Source of the DNA: Paraspadella gotoi
Lineage: Eukaryota > Animalia > Chaetognatha
DNA: 64,000 nucleotides
Reading direction: 5' to 3'
Assembly (NCBI GenBank): GCA_051294375.1
Contig: CM119268.1
Coordinates: forward strand, 231,437-295,436
Part shown: positions 1-11,660 of the stretch, piece after piece
Position numbering within the stretch: position 1 is the stretch's first letter
Layout of the letters: each line of letters starts with the position of its first letter
Program-made: the position numbers and the translations under genes
Notes under the pieces: generated by a model
Told to the model about the DNA's origin: nothing
Database searches by the model: none
The model's input: the letters and a program-made list of their open reading frames with translations, nothing else

Positions 1-1241
1 AATAAAGTATTGCTCATCCATCAAAGTAAATATTTATTCATTTAATTATTAGGATTTATTAGGGCGTAGAAGTGAGAAGGCCGGATTTAAGGTTTGAAAG
101 GAAANNNNNNNNNNNNNNNNNNNNNNNNNNNNNNNNNNNNNNNNNNNNNNNNNNNNNNNNNNNNNNNNNNNNNNNNNNNNNNNNNNNNNNNNNNNNNNNN
201 NNNNNNNNNNNNNNNNNNNNNNNNNNNNNNNNNNNNNNNNNNNNNNNNNNNNNNNNNNNNNNNNNNNNNNNNNNNNNNNNNNNNNNNNNNNNNNNNNNNN
301 NNNNNNNNNNNNNNNNNNNNNNNNNNNNNNNNNNNNNNNNNNNNNNNNNNNNNNNNNNNNNNNNNNNNNNNNNNNNNNNNNNNNNNNNNNNNNNNNNNNN
401 NNNNNNNNNNNNNNNNNNNNNNNNNNNNNNNNNNNNNNNNNNNNNNNNNNNNNNNNNNNNNNNNNNNNNNNNNNNNNNNNNNNNNNNNNNNNNNNNNNNN
501 NNNNNNNNNNNNNNNNNNNNNNNNNNNNNNNNNNNNNNNNNNNNNNNNNNNNNNNNNNNNNNNNNNNNNNNNNNNNNNNNNNNNNNNNNNNNNNNNNNNN
601 NNNNNNNNNNNNNNNNNNNNNNNNNNNNNNNNNNNNNNNNNNNNNNNNNNNNNNNNNNNNNNNNNNNNNNNNNNNNNNNNNNNNNNNNNNNNNNNNNNNN
701 NNNNNNNNNNNNNNNNNNNNNNNNNNNNNNNNNNNNNNNNNNNNNNNNNNNNNNNNNNNNNNNNNNNNNNNNNNNNNNNNNNNNNNNNNNNNNNNNNNNN
801 NNNNNNNNNNNNNNNNNNNNNNNNNNNNNNNNNNNNNNNNNNNNNNNNNNNNNNNNNNNNNNNNNNNNNNNNNNNNNNNNNNNNNNNNNNNNNNNNNNNN
901 NNNNNNNNNNNNNNNNNNNNNNNNNNNNNNNNNNNNNNNNNNNNNNNNNNNNNNNNNNNNNNNNNNNNACTTTTTAAATATTATTCAACAGCCATGTTAA
1001 TGCTATTTATTAGAACTCAACAATAATAAAGGGGCGTTTATTTCATATCAAAGTACCATATCTACATAGTAAATTTAAGTCTAACGCTCCGCAACAGAAA
1101 AATAAAAAGTAAAATTTTAAAAAGGCAATTATAATAAATATTCCAATCAATAGTAATTGATAATATTTTTTTCAAAATTATTTTACAAATCAACTAGTAT
1201 ATTAATCAAAAATCCAATCCCTTCTTCATTCACTACATCAG

Positions 1242-3988
1242 AGGCCCCAAGAGACGACGACTCAATAACAACTGGATCGCTGAAGAGTCAATCGTTGGCA
1301 ACTCAATCAATTCTGGACTCCACTCTGCATCCACGAGCTTTCAAGATGCCCACTCAGTTCGAGCTTCGAATCGCAAGACAAAGCGAACTGGGATTCATCG
1401 CTCAATCCAATCTTATGAGAAGAGAGAAGCAATAATTCAAAATCGCCAAGCAAACAAGATCGATGCGATGAATGAATTTCGAGTAGCATCTCCTCCCATT
1501 GATAAGAGATCCATGAAATTCGTGACAGTCAGGAACAAGTTTGGAATCAAACCGACAACTGACAAAGAAATTCAGCCACTGGTCGAGCAAGAAGAGAATA
1601 ATTCTGTCTTTTTAAAGGTTTCTCTCAAGCATCAATCAGCAAATCGCCAAGAGCCAATGACAGTCATGAGGCAAGCAAGACCGGTGAATGAGTTCTTAAG
1701 TCCAAAGGCTGAAACAGCCATTCTCTCGCAGGCACAAGTTGAAAGTTATGATGCTCAGATGCAGCGTAACGTGACGCACAAGGAATACACCACCGTGCGC
1801 AAGGAATTTCAGTTGCCTTCGTTGGTTATACCCGAACCAATCGTAACTGAGCCTGAAGAGGAAGAACCAGTTCAGCTTTTGCCATCAAAATCGGCAAGTA
1901 GACCAATTCAAGAGGACTCTTCCAAGCCTAAAGTTATTCTAGAGTTTAGCAAGATTCAGTCGCTTGATATGACCAAAGTAGGAAATGAGAACAAAGAAAA
2001 TGTAGAACTTAAAAAATCTGTCAATCACGAGAAAAAAGTAGAAAAGTCTAATCCCCCCAAAGTAGAAGAAACCTTTCAACGACTACTTAGAACATCTGCT
2101 CCAATTTCACGCCGACCAATGAAAGAAAAAGTGTCACAAAAAGTTCAACCTAAAGAAGAAAAAATTCCTTTGTTACAATCCCCTGCGCTTTCAAAGTCCA
2201 TCAAAAAACCACAACCAGAATCATGCACTATGATAAACACAACATTTTACAAAAACGTGGAAGTGTTGTCTGGTGGTAAACAAAAACAAATTTCAGAACC
2301 TGAAAAAGTTGAATTGATTGCCATCGAAGAACAAGAAATACATCCCTCGGAAATATCGCCAGTTAAAGAAGTCAAATGGGTAAATTTGGATCCCGAAGAT
2401 GAAAATCTAATTGAAGCAACAACTAAAGGTTCTTCATTGTTTGCAAAAAATGACATATTGAGTAAACCTTTAATTGATTCTTATTCTTCAGAAGATGAGA
2501 ATGTCTCTGCACATGAAGATGACTCCTTGCAAAAGGACAAACCTAAAATAGTCGATGAACAAAGAGAATCAAATAGTCCAATTTATGAAGATATTGACCT
2601 CGACTCCATGTCTCCTTTAGAATCTCCAGCAGATTTAGTTCCCATTCAACAAAAAGGGGTCGACGTTCTGAAAAATGGTCCTCAACGAGTTATTTCTCAG
2701 AATCAGGAAACAAACGTTGGATATAAACAAAGGGAAGTAGTTTCAGAGACCAAACATGTGACAGTTAAAAAAATTCAAGAATCAGAAGAGAGTGAGGAAG
2801 ATGAAGAAATACCAATAATAACAAGTAAGAAACTTAACAAAAAACCAAAAGTAAAAAAAGAGAAAAATCCAGTGCAAAATAATCCAATACAACCAAACAG
2901 TAATTTGATAGACTTTCAACAATATGAGGTTCCTCAACAATCATACACAAAATCCTTTCCCCAAGAACAGTATTCTCAATATGAAGATCATAGGCAAGAT
3001 AAAACTATGCAGAGAAAAACCACAAATGTAGTTACATCGACTTCATTAAGACAAAATGATTCATTCGATTATTCTGATGATGATGATTTTGTCCAGAGGC
3101 CTTTGTATAAGACAGATGCTATCCGATCTAGTCTAAATTCTTTAAAACACGATGAGACAGGAGATAAAACCGTCATGACAAAAAGTAAAATCTTACCAGG
3201 TATTGATCTGGAGTTTGAAACTCCTGCCAATGAAACTGTATATAGTTCTCCTTTTAAATCGCACAAGGAGCCGGAACGGGTCGTGCCTCGCTCAATAACT
3301 GGAGAGAATAAAGAACCACTTCGACATGATTCAGTGACCTACGCTAGCCTTGACTTTAACAGTAGCCACAAACCAACAATAACCCCAACATCAACTGACT
3401 TAGATTTCGGGAATTGGCTTGAAGAGCAAAGACAGGAAAGAAGTTTTTATGATTTAGAGCCAATGGATTTTTCAAAAAATCGTCCTCAACCTAATTATGA
3501 CACTGAATATCTTCACCAAAAAGAAAACATTACTGATAAATATCCTTCGAGAGATAGGATTAATTACTCAACAAGAGAAATTGACACAATTTCAGAAATT
3601 ATTCCTTATAAACCAAATGTTAAGACAGAAACTCCTATTAATCACGGTTATCCCAGTAGTTACAATCAGGATCATTATTTTGATGAAACCAATACAACAG
3701 ACAGAAAAACGGGGATTTTTGAAAATAACTACATTGAAAAAACTTCAAATTTTATAACTGAGACATTTACAACAGTTGGGGACACCCTAAAAAAACTGAT
3801 ACCAGATTTGGATGAGGACAAGAGAAAGTCACAAGATGAATATTTTCCCAGAGAAGAAGATTCTACTTTTCTCAAAAAAACATTTGAGGAAAGAAATCAT
3901 GTCACGTCGCCTGAGAAAGATATCTTGAGAAATTCTTCTCCTTTGTACTTGAAGGAGGGAAGAAACTATGACCGTTATCTTCCAACAG
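1242..3988 (+). CDS. Large internal coding exon of an uncharacterised low-complexity, probably intrinsically disordered protein (gene A)
   Basis: The 862-aa ORF (1468-4056) stays open upstream past a plausible acceptor (ttcattcactacatcag, ending 1241). A canonical donor CAG|GTGAGT follows 3988. The protein is E/K/S/P/Q-rich with no recognisable domain. Upstream exons are in the N gap or outside the window. Confidence 0.8.
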
Positions 3989-4239
3989 GTGAGTTTCTAT
4001 GTCGGACAGATGAAATTGAAACAGATGCAGTGCTTAACACAAAATGTAAAATGTAAAAGCCTTTATCAAGTATCAGTAAAAACAAAAAGAAAAAAGAAAT
4101 AAAATATTTTATTTTGATGATGAACTTTACCATCCTAATGTTTTAAACTTTGAATATTTAAATAGATTAACTAATTAAAATGTAATTGAAAACGAATATT
4201 ATCTATTGTTTTGATTACTTTTTTTATCTTCTCAAACAG

Positions 4240-4244
4240 CCAAG
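4240..4244 (+). CDS. Putative 5-nt microexon (CCAAG) of gene A
   Basis: Context ttactttttttatcttctcaaacag|CCAAG|gtgggt. It converts the phase-1 donor at 3988 into the phase-0 acceptor at 5288. Confidence 0.55.
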
Positions 4245-4759
4245 GTGGGTTTTTATTTTATAATTTATATGTTTAAAAATTGTAACCAAGCACTTGTTAA
4301 ACACTTTAATTGCACATTGGAAAAAAAATTGTCGCGGCATCTTTTCAGCTATTTTTTGTCATTTGAATGTAAGAATTAAAAAATAAAATATAAATATAAA
4401 AAAATTTTGCTAATTGCAATTTATTTAAGCTATGTCTTATTTATATATAAAAAATACAATAGTACTATGTAAAAGAAAATCACTTGTCCAAGAATATTCT
4501 TCCATTTATTTATACTTCATATTTTAATATTTTTTATTCAGACTTAATTTCTACTCTTTTTATAGCTTTTTAAGATAAACCTGGACTGCCTTTGCTGTCT
4601 CTCATGTCAAATGGCTGCTGCATCATTTATATTAGGTTAGATTCACTAATTCATTCATTCACACTGATTCATATATCAAAAAACAAAAACAAATTTTATT
4701 TACTGCTTGCCAAAAATCATTTCTTATCACAAATCTGTTAAATTAATAATAATAATAAC

Positions 4760-4799
<40 letters not shown>

Positions 4800-5287
4800 T
4801 AAAAGAAGTTAAAAAAATAAAGACAACCTTTTTGGGAGTAAATGTATGTAGTCGGGCAGATTGCATCCATGCTCGGCGATCGGAAGAACTCGGGAACGAA
4901 TCTCAAATGTATGCATTAAATAATTTTATGCTGTTGAGTATAAATATTTTTCTCCCACCTAGGGAGGTTGTACTATATATTACAACATATTTACTTATAA
5001 AAATATATTTGACAATCAAATTAATTAATTTTTCCAAACTGTGACATTTTTTTTCCATCAAGGTATTCCTCGATTCTCATACATAACACTAAATTATATT
5101 CATATGTTATGGAAATGGAAAAGCAATCAATGTTAAATGTTATACCTCGCAATTCAATTTAAGTAATTATGTATGTCTAATATCATAAAGGATACCCTGT
5201 GTTTTCATCACTTTTAGTGTGTGATATATTAATTTAGTTAGTTTTCAATGACTTATTAATATGATTAATCCTTCTCTCATTTTTCAG

Positions 5288-6988
5288 GACCAATTTGGAA
5301 CAACTTCTTCTATTTCTCGTGTTGAAACAGTGGATTATGACTATGCACCTCGTCATTCTTCTAAAGGCTACTTATCAAGGAAATCACAAAGTTTTGACAA
5401 TGAAGATGAGTTGATTTTAAAACCAGTTAATGATGCATTGTATGTATCGAGAGAAAATCTGGTCACTAATTCCCCTTCTCAACGTTATATGTCAAGATCT
5501 ATTTCAAATTTGTACACAATTCCTCCAAAGTACAGTGAAAATGAAATTCTCCTTACGGCTGCCGATGTTCCTTCGCTGGAAGGACTTCCTGAAAAAAGAG
5601 CTGAGGATTATCTGAAATATGATTTAGGGAGCGTTGAAATGTTTCATCCAGTAACTACTGTCAGAAATCCAGTGACCCAGGACACACCGGGCTACTGGAG
5701 TGATGGAATGAGACGCACAAAGTCCATAGATGTAATCAGTTCCAACCTGAATGAAAAAAGGAAACAATCATATCAACATATTTCTGAACCTTTGTATCCA
5801 TCAATAAGAAGATCAAGTTCCATCGATCGCTTTAAGAATTTCGAAGAAGTTCCCAGAACTCGGTTTTATCAACCTGTGAAACATAGAAGTTACACAGATC
5901 TTAACGCATTACAAGGTAGAGAAGAAATTGAATACGATGATTACCCATCAGTATGGAGGTCAAAATCTACAGATATTTTAAATCCAGATAATTCTCAGAG
6001 TAAATTTCATAAAGGACAACCATTAAGATCTTCTTTAAGACGAGCAAAATCTACAGATTTTCTCAGTAGTGAACCGAATTATGATAAAGAACCGATTGAT
6101 TCAAATAAAAATAAAGAATTAGTTCCAAAAGTAGAAGAGAAAAACAATAGAGAAAGTTATTCAACTCAATCGCAGGAAACTCGACAGAAAACCGTTTCTT
6201 TTTCTCAATCAAACTTTGAAAGTTCAAAATCTACCCAAAATAGACCAACACATAAACAAAGATTAGACCCACTGATAGAAAGGGAAGCATCGATTGAAAC
6301 GTTTGACCCAAAATCCGGGATACTCAATGTGACTGAAGATACTGTACATTCATCTTTACAATCTGATAATCAGCCAACAAGTCAATTTGGAAAACAAGAA
6401 ACCGTGAGTAGGTCAAGCACTTTACAAGAAGCCTTTTCTTCTGATGAAATTGGGTCTAACCAACGTGTGTCTAGTCACTCGACAAGTTTTTCACAAAAAA
6501 GCGAAAATGTTTCTACATTTAATAGCAAGTCAGGTTCTCAGAATTTGGAAGATGCAAGCTTTGGTGAGAAGAATCCTACTCCGCTGCCGAGAACTCGTAA
6601 TCAGAAGTCACAAAATAGTTTAGAATTTCCGCCATCAAAACAAAAAAATTCTCCAATAATTGAAACAATAAATGACAAGAAATTTCTTTCCAAAGAAAGA
6701 AAAAGCGATAATTTGTCCGAGTTATCGTCCACTTTTTCTAATTCGGAAAATAAGAGCAAAAATAAAAGTCGAGTCAAGACTGGAAATTTTGATGAAGAAG
6801 GGGCAGCTAAGTTTCTTCTTAAAGATGTAACTTATGATGAAAAATTAAATGAAACTAAAATTGCTCAAAAGCAAAATGAAAGCAAATTTAATGAAGAAAA
6901 AGCTGCTATGTATTTGCTTAAAGATGTGCCTTTTGATGGTAGTTCTCTATTAGCTACTTCAAAGACAGAGCTTCAAAAAGCAACATGA
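5288..6988 (+). CDS. Terminal coding exon of gene A (S/K/E/N-rich, repeated RxKSxD and AAxxLLKDV motifs)
   Basis: 575-aa ORF with an acceptor ctcatttttcag| before 5288. AATAAA occurs at 7144 and 7414 downstream. The true stop may be 7028 (see findings). Confidence 0.8.
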   Translation, partial: DQFGTTSSISRVETVDYDYAPRHSSKGYLSRKSQSFDNEDELILKPVNDALYVSRENLVTNSPSQRYMSRSISNLYTIPPKYSENEILLTAADVPSLEGLPEKRAEDYLKYDLGSVEMFHPVTTVRNPVTQDTPGYWSDGMRRTKSIDVISSNLNEKRKQSYQHISEPLYPSIRRSSSIDRFKNFEEVPRTRFYQPVKHRSYTDLNALQGREEIEYDDYPSVWRSKSTDILNPDNSQSKFHKGQPLRSSLRRAKSTDFLSSEPNYDKEPIDSNKNKELVPKVEEKNNRESYSTQSQETRQKTVSFSQSNFESSKSTQNRPTHKQRLDPLIEREASIETFDPKSGILNVTEDTVHSSLQSDNQPTSQFGKQETVSRSSTLQEAFSSDEIGSNQRVSSHSTSFSQKSENVSTFNSKSGSQNLEDASFGEKNPTPLPRTRNQKSQNSLEFPPSKQKNSPIIETINDKKFLSKERKSDNLSELSSTFSNSENKSKNKSRVKTGNFDEEGAAKFLLKDVTYDEKLNETKIAQKQNESKFNEEKAAMYLLKDVPFDGSSLLATSKTELQKAT

Positions 6989-7485
6989 GAAAGCCAAGGC
7001 CAAACTGTGGTTAAAAGACGTTAAGTAATCTTTTAAAAAATATTTTGTAAAAACAATTACTAATTTCTATCAGTTTTGAATTAAAACAATTACAATACTA
7101 GTATAAATAATAAAATTCAGAGACAAGTTTGTGCATTTTTGTAAATAAAAACAAATAGTTCGTTGTATAAAGATTTTCACTGCATTTTTTATTATAACAA
7201 AATCTTATTAGAGATTAGAAGACCAAAACTAAGATTAAATATTTTCTTTTTATTCAAACAGTATTTGTATTGTCTTTTTATTCAGGGAAAAACTAATAAA
7301 AAACTATTATTACATTTTGACATTTCTTACTTCACTTTTTTTTGTAACTAATCAAAATTTTGAATAATATGTAGTAGTTAACAACATTGAATGTATTTAT
7401 GTAAAAAAAATATAATAAAACTTATATGTACTTTTTCTTAAACCGATACTTTTACAACTATGATCGTTCTTATATTTATCGTGAG

Positions 7486-7490
<5 letters not shown>

Positions 7491-7555
<65 letters not shown>
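7491..7555. repeat. (GA)n microsatellite; many further GA/CT tracts at 17.9-18.2, 23.4-24.3, 29.8-30.6 and 58.3-59.0 kb
   Basis: Directly visible. Confidence 0.95.
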
Positions 7556-7558
<3 letters not shown>

Positions 7559-7799
7559 CAGGTCGTTTCAACGCCAAACATTGACCTTTTTTATGAGGTT
7601 AAAGAATAACGGCGACGTCTTCAGAAGGATTGGGTTAAGGTGGACAGGTTTAGGGTTTGGGAGGAAAGTGGATTGAAAAGAAGGGATTATGGTGGTTAAG
7701 CGACAAGAGTTAGACAGATTTAAAGAGATAGGGAATGAGAAGAAAAGGATTATAGTTTTTTCCGGGTAGAAATATAAATAGAGAAAAATATGATGGTTG

Positions 7800-7965
7800 G
7801 TGTGGAAGTTCAGCGTCCGTTGCACACAAGGTACCGAACTTAGGATTGGGATGTAGACCGTTACTACAGGTAGGATAGACGCCCCGTCGAGCTTTCTTGT
7901 GTGAATCAACAGGGCGCGAACCCAAGTCCTTTAGATTGGGAGGAGCTCGTGCTACGTCCGTTGAT
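7800..7965 (-). mobile_element. Degenerate tRNA-derived SINE related to the copy at 52738-52925
   Basis: Minus strand ctcctcccaatctaaaggacttgggttcgcgccc (B-box-like) followed by gacggggcg and a hairpin in the same order as the 52.8 kb copy. Confidence 0.5.
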
Positions 7966-8736
7966 AATGATTCTCGGACGAGTAACGGGGCTTGAAATAC
8001 TACTACTACATTAGTAACATTTATTGTCCAAAGAGGTAAGGTCCAGGTGTTTCTGTGGACAGGTTTGAGCTAGATCGATTAGGCTGATAGGATGGGGAAT
8101 TGGGCAGAGTGCAGGGCGAACAATTGGGCTAAAACTTGGGCTAAAAGATGGACCAAACGGACATCAGATAACGAGCTTGCAAAAATGAGGACGCCTCGAA
8201 CTCGGGACCTTTCGATCTTGAAAGAAAAACCTTTCAGCCTTCGACCTTATCCTCTTTTCGAACTCACCTTGACTTTTTCTCTGCTCGGCGGCGGCGGCGG
8301 CGGCGGCGGAAGAGGAGGAGGAGGAGGATGAAGAGGAGTTGATTGAGGCCGTTTTGTAAAAAGGAAGAAAAGAAAAAAGAAAAAAAAGAATTTAAAGATA
8401 AAAAGTATGACGTAGATAATAAGAGGAAAAAAGATTATACTATCAATTAGAAATAGCTAAAAAATTAGGCTCTCTTTTCTAAAAGCACCCCATTTTTGTT
8501 CCTAATCATTTAACTTTAATTTAACCCAAACTGATAACTCTAATTTCCAACCCTAATCTTAATCCAAACCCTGAAGTCTAATCCATAATCTTAAACCTTT
8601 AATCTTAAACTAATTACTAAACAAATCCTCAAACTTATATTCCCTAACCTTAATCTGTAAATCTAAAAATTAATTCTATTCTAAATTTAGGCCTAAATTT
8701 GGTAATCTGAGAATATAAGGCCTAAAATTTAGATTA

Positions 8737-8814
8737 ATAAAAACGGACATGTTTCGACTTTTGTTTTTACGAGTCTTCATCATAAAACAAGAGTCGAAAC
8801 ATGTCCGTTTTTAT
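8737..8814 (-). ncRNA. Inverted-repeat remnant of a Penelope-type minimal hammerhead ribozyme
   Basis: Near-perfect ~30-bp inverted repeat. Minus strand reads (A)TGATGA AGACTC...AGTC GAAAC ATGTC. The first C of CUGAUGA is missing, so it is probably inactive. Confidence 0.55.
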
Positions 8815-8897
8815 ACATTATAATCCTTGTTAAAGCTTACNNNNNNNNNNCGAAATATTTTAATTTGATAAACAATCAAACAATTTCGTCAACGAAA

Positions 8898-9016
8898 ATG
8901 CCTAATCTCATCAAAGAAAAATTAGTTGCGGCATTTTATGCTGCTTCCGCCTTTGCATGTATCTTCTATCAGGGCTTCCTGCACAACCAGATTTTAAAAA
9001 AGATTTATCCAGACAC
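8898..9016 (+). CDS. TMEM121/CECR6-family membrane protein, exon 1 (MPNLIKEKLVAAFYAASAFACIFYQGFLHNQILKKIYPD)
   Basis: ATG at 8898, hydrophobic helix, donor AC|GTAAGA in phase 2 matching the next acceptor. Confidence 0.7.
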
Positions 9017-9617
9017 GTAAGATTTTTTTTAATTGGAAGCAATAATTGATTATTTGTTATTGTTTACTGTAAAAATATAAAAAAATGTAATCATAATTAA
9101 TTGATAATTTTAATGAAAAGTTACAAGAAATTATTAAATTAAAGAAGCTTGGCTAGACAGAGAGAGAGAGAGATAAGAACCACGCTCGGACGTCGGACCA
9201 ATATTTATGTTTTAATTCAGCTCTGATTTACTTTTTTTTAATTTTTGGAGTTTAAAAAAAAACATGATTATCATTTCGATAGGACCATTTTCTTTAATTT
9301 TCTTTAATGAAATTTGTACAACCAAAATAAAATTATTCATTAATTTAATAAATAATCTATCTAGCCCCTGACTTTATTGATCATTAAAGTTGTCTAATAA
9401 TTTGAAAGATAGCTTTTAATTTAAAAAGTGAGTATTTGATAAAAGAATAATATATCCTACTCTGCACTAGCTTCAAAATACAAAAAGCTTAATTATATGA
9501 AATTGGTATAACCAATATAAAACTATCCGTTTATTTAATAAATAAGCAATCTTGCCACGAACTTTGGACAGGCTGTGATGGTTTAATATCATTTCTAAAA
9601 CCTTTTTCTTTTTTCAG

Positions 9618-9856
9618 ATGGATCTTCACAATTTTGACTTTCGTCGACTTCATCTTCGGAATTTTATTCTTTCCCTCCATCTACTTTTCCAAAGTAAAAT
9701 TGGCCGAATTGCGTCTCTATCGTAAGGAAAATCCCTTCGCCAACAACGCAGCCTTGGAAAAAAAGATCAGCAAATTGTTTGACGTGGTCACTCCAATCCT
9801 ATTGTGGATTCTTTACATCGGACTCCTTATCGTAAAAATTGGGACTATCTTTTATG
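9618..9856 (+). CDS. TMEM121/CECR6-family membrane protein, exon 2
   Basis: Acceptor tttttcttttttcag. Encodes ILLWILYIGLLIVKIGTIF, which resembles the TMEM121 motif ILWFLYIFVLEIKLYFIF (recalled, not searched). Donor G|GTCAGG in phase 1. Confidence 0.75.
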
Positions 9857-10865
9857 GTCAGGTTTTAAAAATTATTCAAATTATCAATCAATCTTTTGAT
9901 CAATTTATCTATTAATCAATAAAACAAAACAATTGTTGAATTTATTAATTATTTTCATGAAATCATTATGTGATAATTGTTTCATCAAACAGGATAATAA
10001 TATTGCTGTTATTTATAGTCTACAAAAGATTATAAAAAAATGCAAAATTATGTTAAGTATTATATTTTATAATATTCATTAAAAAAATATATTACAAATT
10101 CTATATTTTTCATTTTATTATTTTTATTACTTTATATTAATTTTGGTTTTTGATAATCTAAAAACATTTTTATAGTTAAAGATTAAACCTGCAATACTTT
10201 TATTATATCTGTATCCTATTATTAGGGGTTCTTTAAAATTGAAATATAATGGTATTTTCCTTTGTATTGTTTTACTGTTCAAAATTCAATAAGATTAATA
10301 AAACATATATAAGATATATACTATAACCTAAATTACTATATATCTTATACATAGATAGCTATAATATAGTACTAACCTATATAATACATAATACCTATGC
10401 CTCGCCTAAGTTATTTCTCTGTCTCTCTCTAACATTTTAACTTTTAAGGTTCATCAGTTTCGCTTAAAATCTTTATGATTGAGTTTGACCCGTCTTTTTT
10501 AGTGTCCGTTGTTTATTTTCGGTCTTTCTTTGACCATCGTAATTTTGAAGAGATACGAAAATATTTTTTAACTCTTATTTAGACTCAGCAAGAAAGGATT
10601 CACTCAGTCCCTAATACAGTTTTACGCGGACAATTATGGATATTTTAGCCGAAATAAAGCCTAAGCCATTTGATTCACGACTTTTCCTTAATGAATTATG
10701 TGGAAAATTCAGCGAGTTTTCCATGAATTAAACAGAACAGAGCGACGTCTCGAACGCGGCGACTCTGTGGGCGTGAAGCATCAAATACTTCACAAACCCT
10801 TTATCTATGTAGTGCGGGCATAGCAATAGTCACCCCGCATATACCCAGCATGATCCTTCAATCTT

Positions 10866-11230
10866 GACCCCAGTGGCTCATTGAGTAAGAAGCAATCAGT
10901 CTCAGTACCACTATGGTACTGGGGTTCAATCCTGAACCCGGTACTCTGGGAGAGTGGGTGAGGATGGCCGTGAAGCGGCTTGGGGTGTGGATGGAAACCT
11001 TCACAGCCTGGTTTAAGCCAGGATCACGTTTCATAGCTGTTTAGGAGGGGTTATAGAAGTACGGATAGTCTCAGTCCACTGGAGGTTACAGAGTTTCGCT
11101 CAGGGCCGGTGATTAGAGGAACGCCGGCGGAATGAGGGGTGTTCGTCAGATCTATCCACACTGGATTCATTCGGGCTCCCCAGTGTGGATAAGGCGCTAG
11201 TGGGCTGAAAATGACTATCCGTAACTTTTT
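10866..11230 (+). mobile_element. tRNA-derived SINE or Pol III-type element with a long structured 3' body
   Basis: A-box-like TGGCTCATTGAG (10874), B-box GGTTCAATCC (10923), nested inverted repeats at 11060-11223, then TTTTT. A second copy lies at ~13423-13685. Confidence 0.6.
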
Positions 11231-11234
11231 AGAT

Positions 11235-11660
11235 TACTGTATATTTTTTTATATAAGTTATATGAAAAATATGCCCTCGTCTTTATTTTTTGGTTTTCCA
11301 GATAGATAGTGTTAAAAGTAAAAAAATCTCTCTATTCCTTTAATCTTACATTTAGCCCAAATGGATACATAGATTGAGAATTTTCTTTCCCAATAGCTTC
11401 TTTTTCTAGTCTGAGTTAGTTTGATTTAACAATAATTCAAATGTTTCTTTTTTTCTATTGGTATAATTTTTAGTTCTTAAAGTTAGGCCAAATTAGATTA
11501 AATTTTAAAAGTCAATGTAAAAGTTTCATATATTTCACTATGTTTAGATTTAATTGTTAATTTTTTTATTTCTTTCTTGTATTCGTTCTTTATATTCTTT
11601 TATATTATTTTATAGATCCATTTAAGTTATTTTCTCCCCAAGTTTAAACAATGTGAAATC
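11235..11660 (-). pseudogene. Penelope-like element GIY-YIG endonuclease C-terminal remnant (second copy ~13688-14110)
   Basis: Translation LKIIPIEKK...LRLEKEAYWERKFQSMYPFGLNVR matches the RxxxExYWxxxxxxxxPxGLN signature of Penelope GIY-YIG domains. Frameshifted. Confidence 0.7.

Noticed and set aside
72-1026. ORFs spanning N gaps (also 20619-21974, 52333-52638, 54199-54543)
   Set aside because: Open only because of undetermined bases.
1157-1435. 92-aa ORF as a separate gene
   Set aside because: It overlaps, in another frame, the upstream open extension of the large gene A exon.
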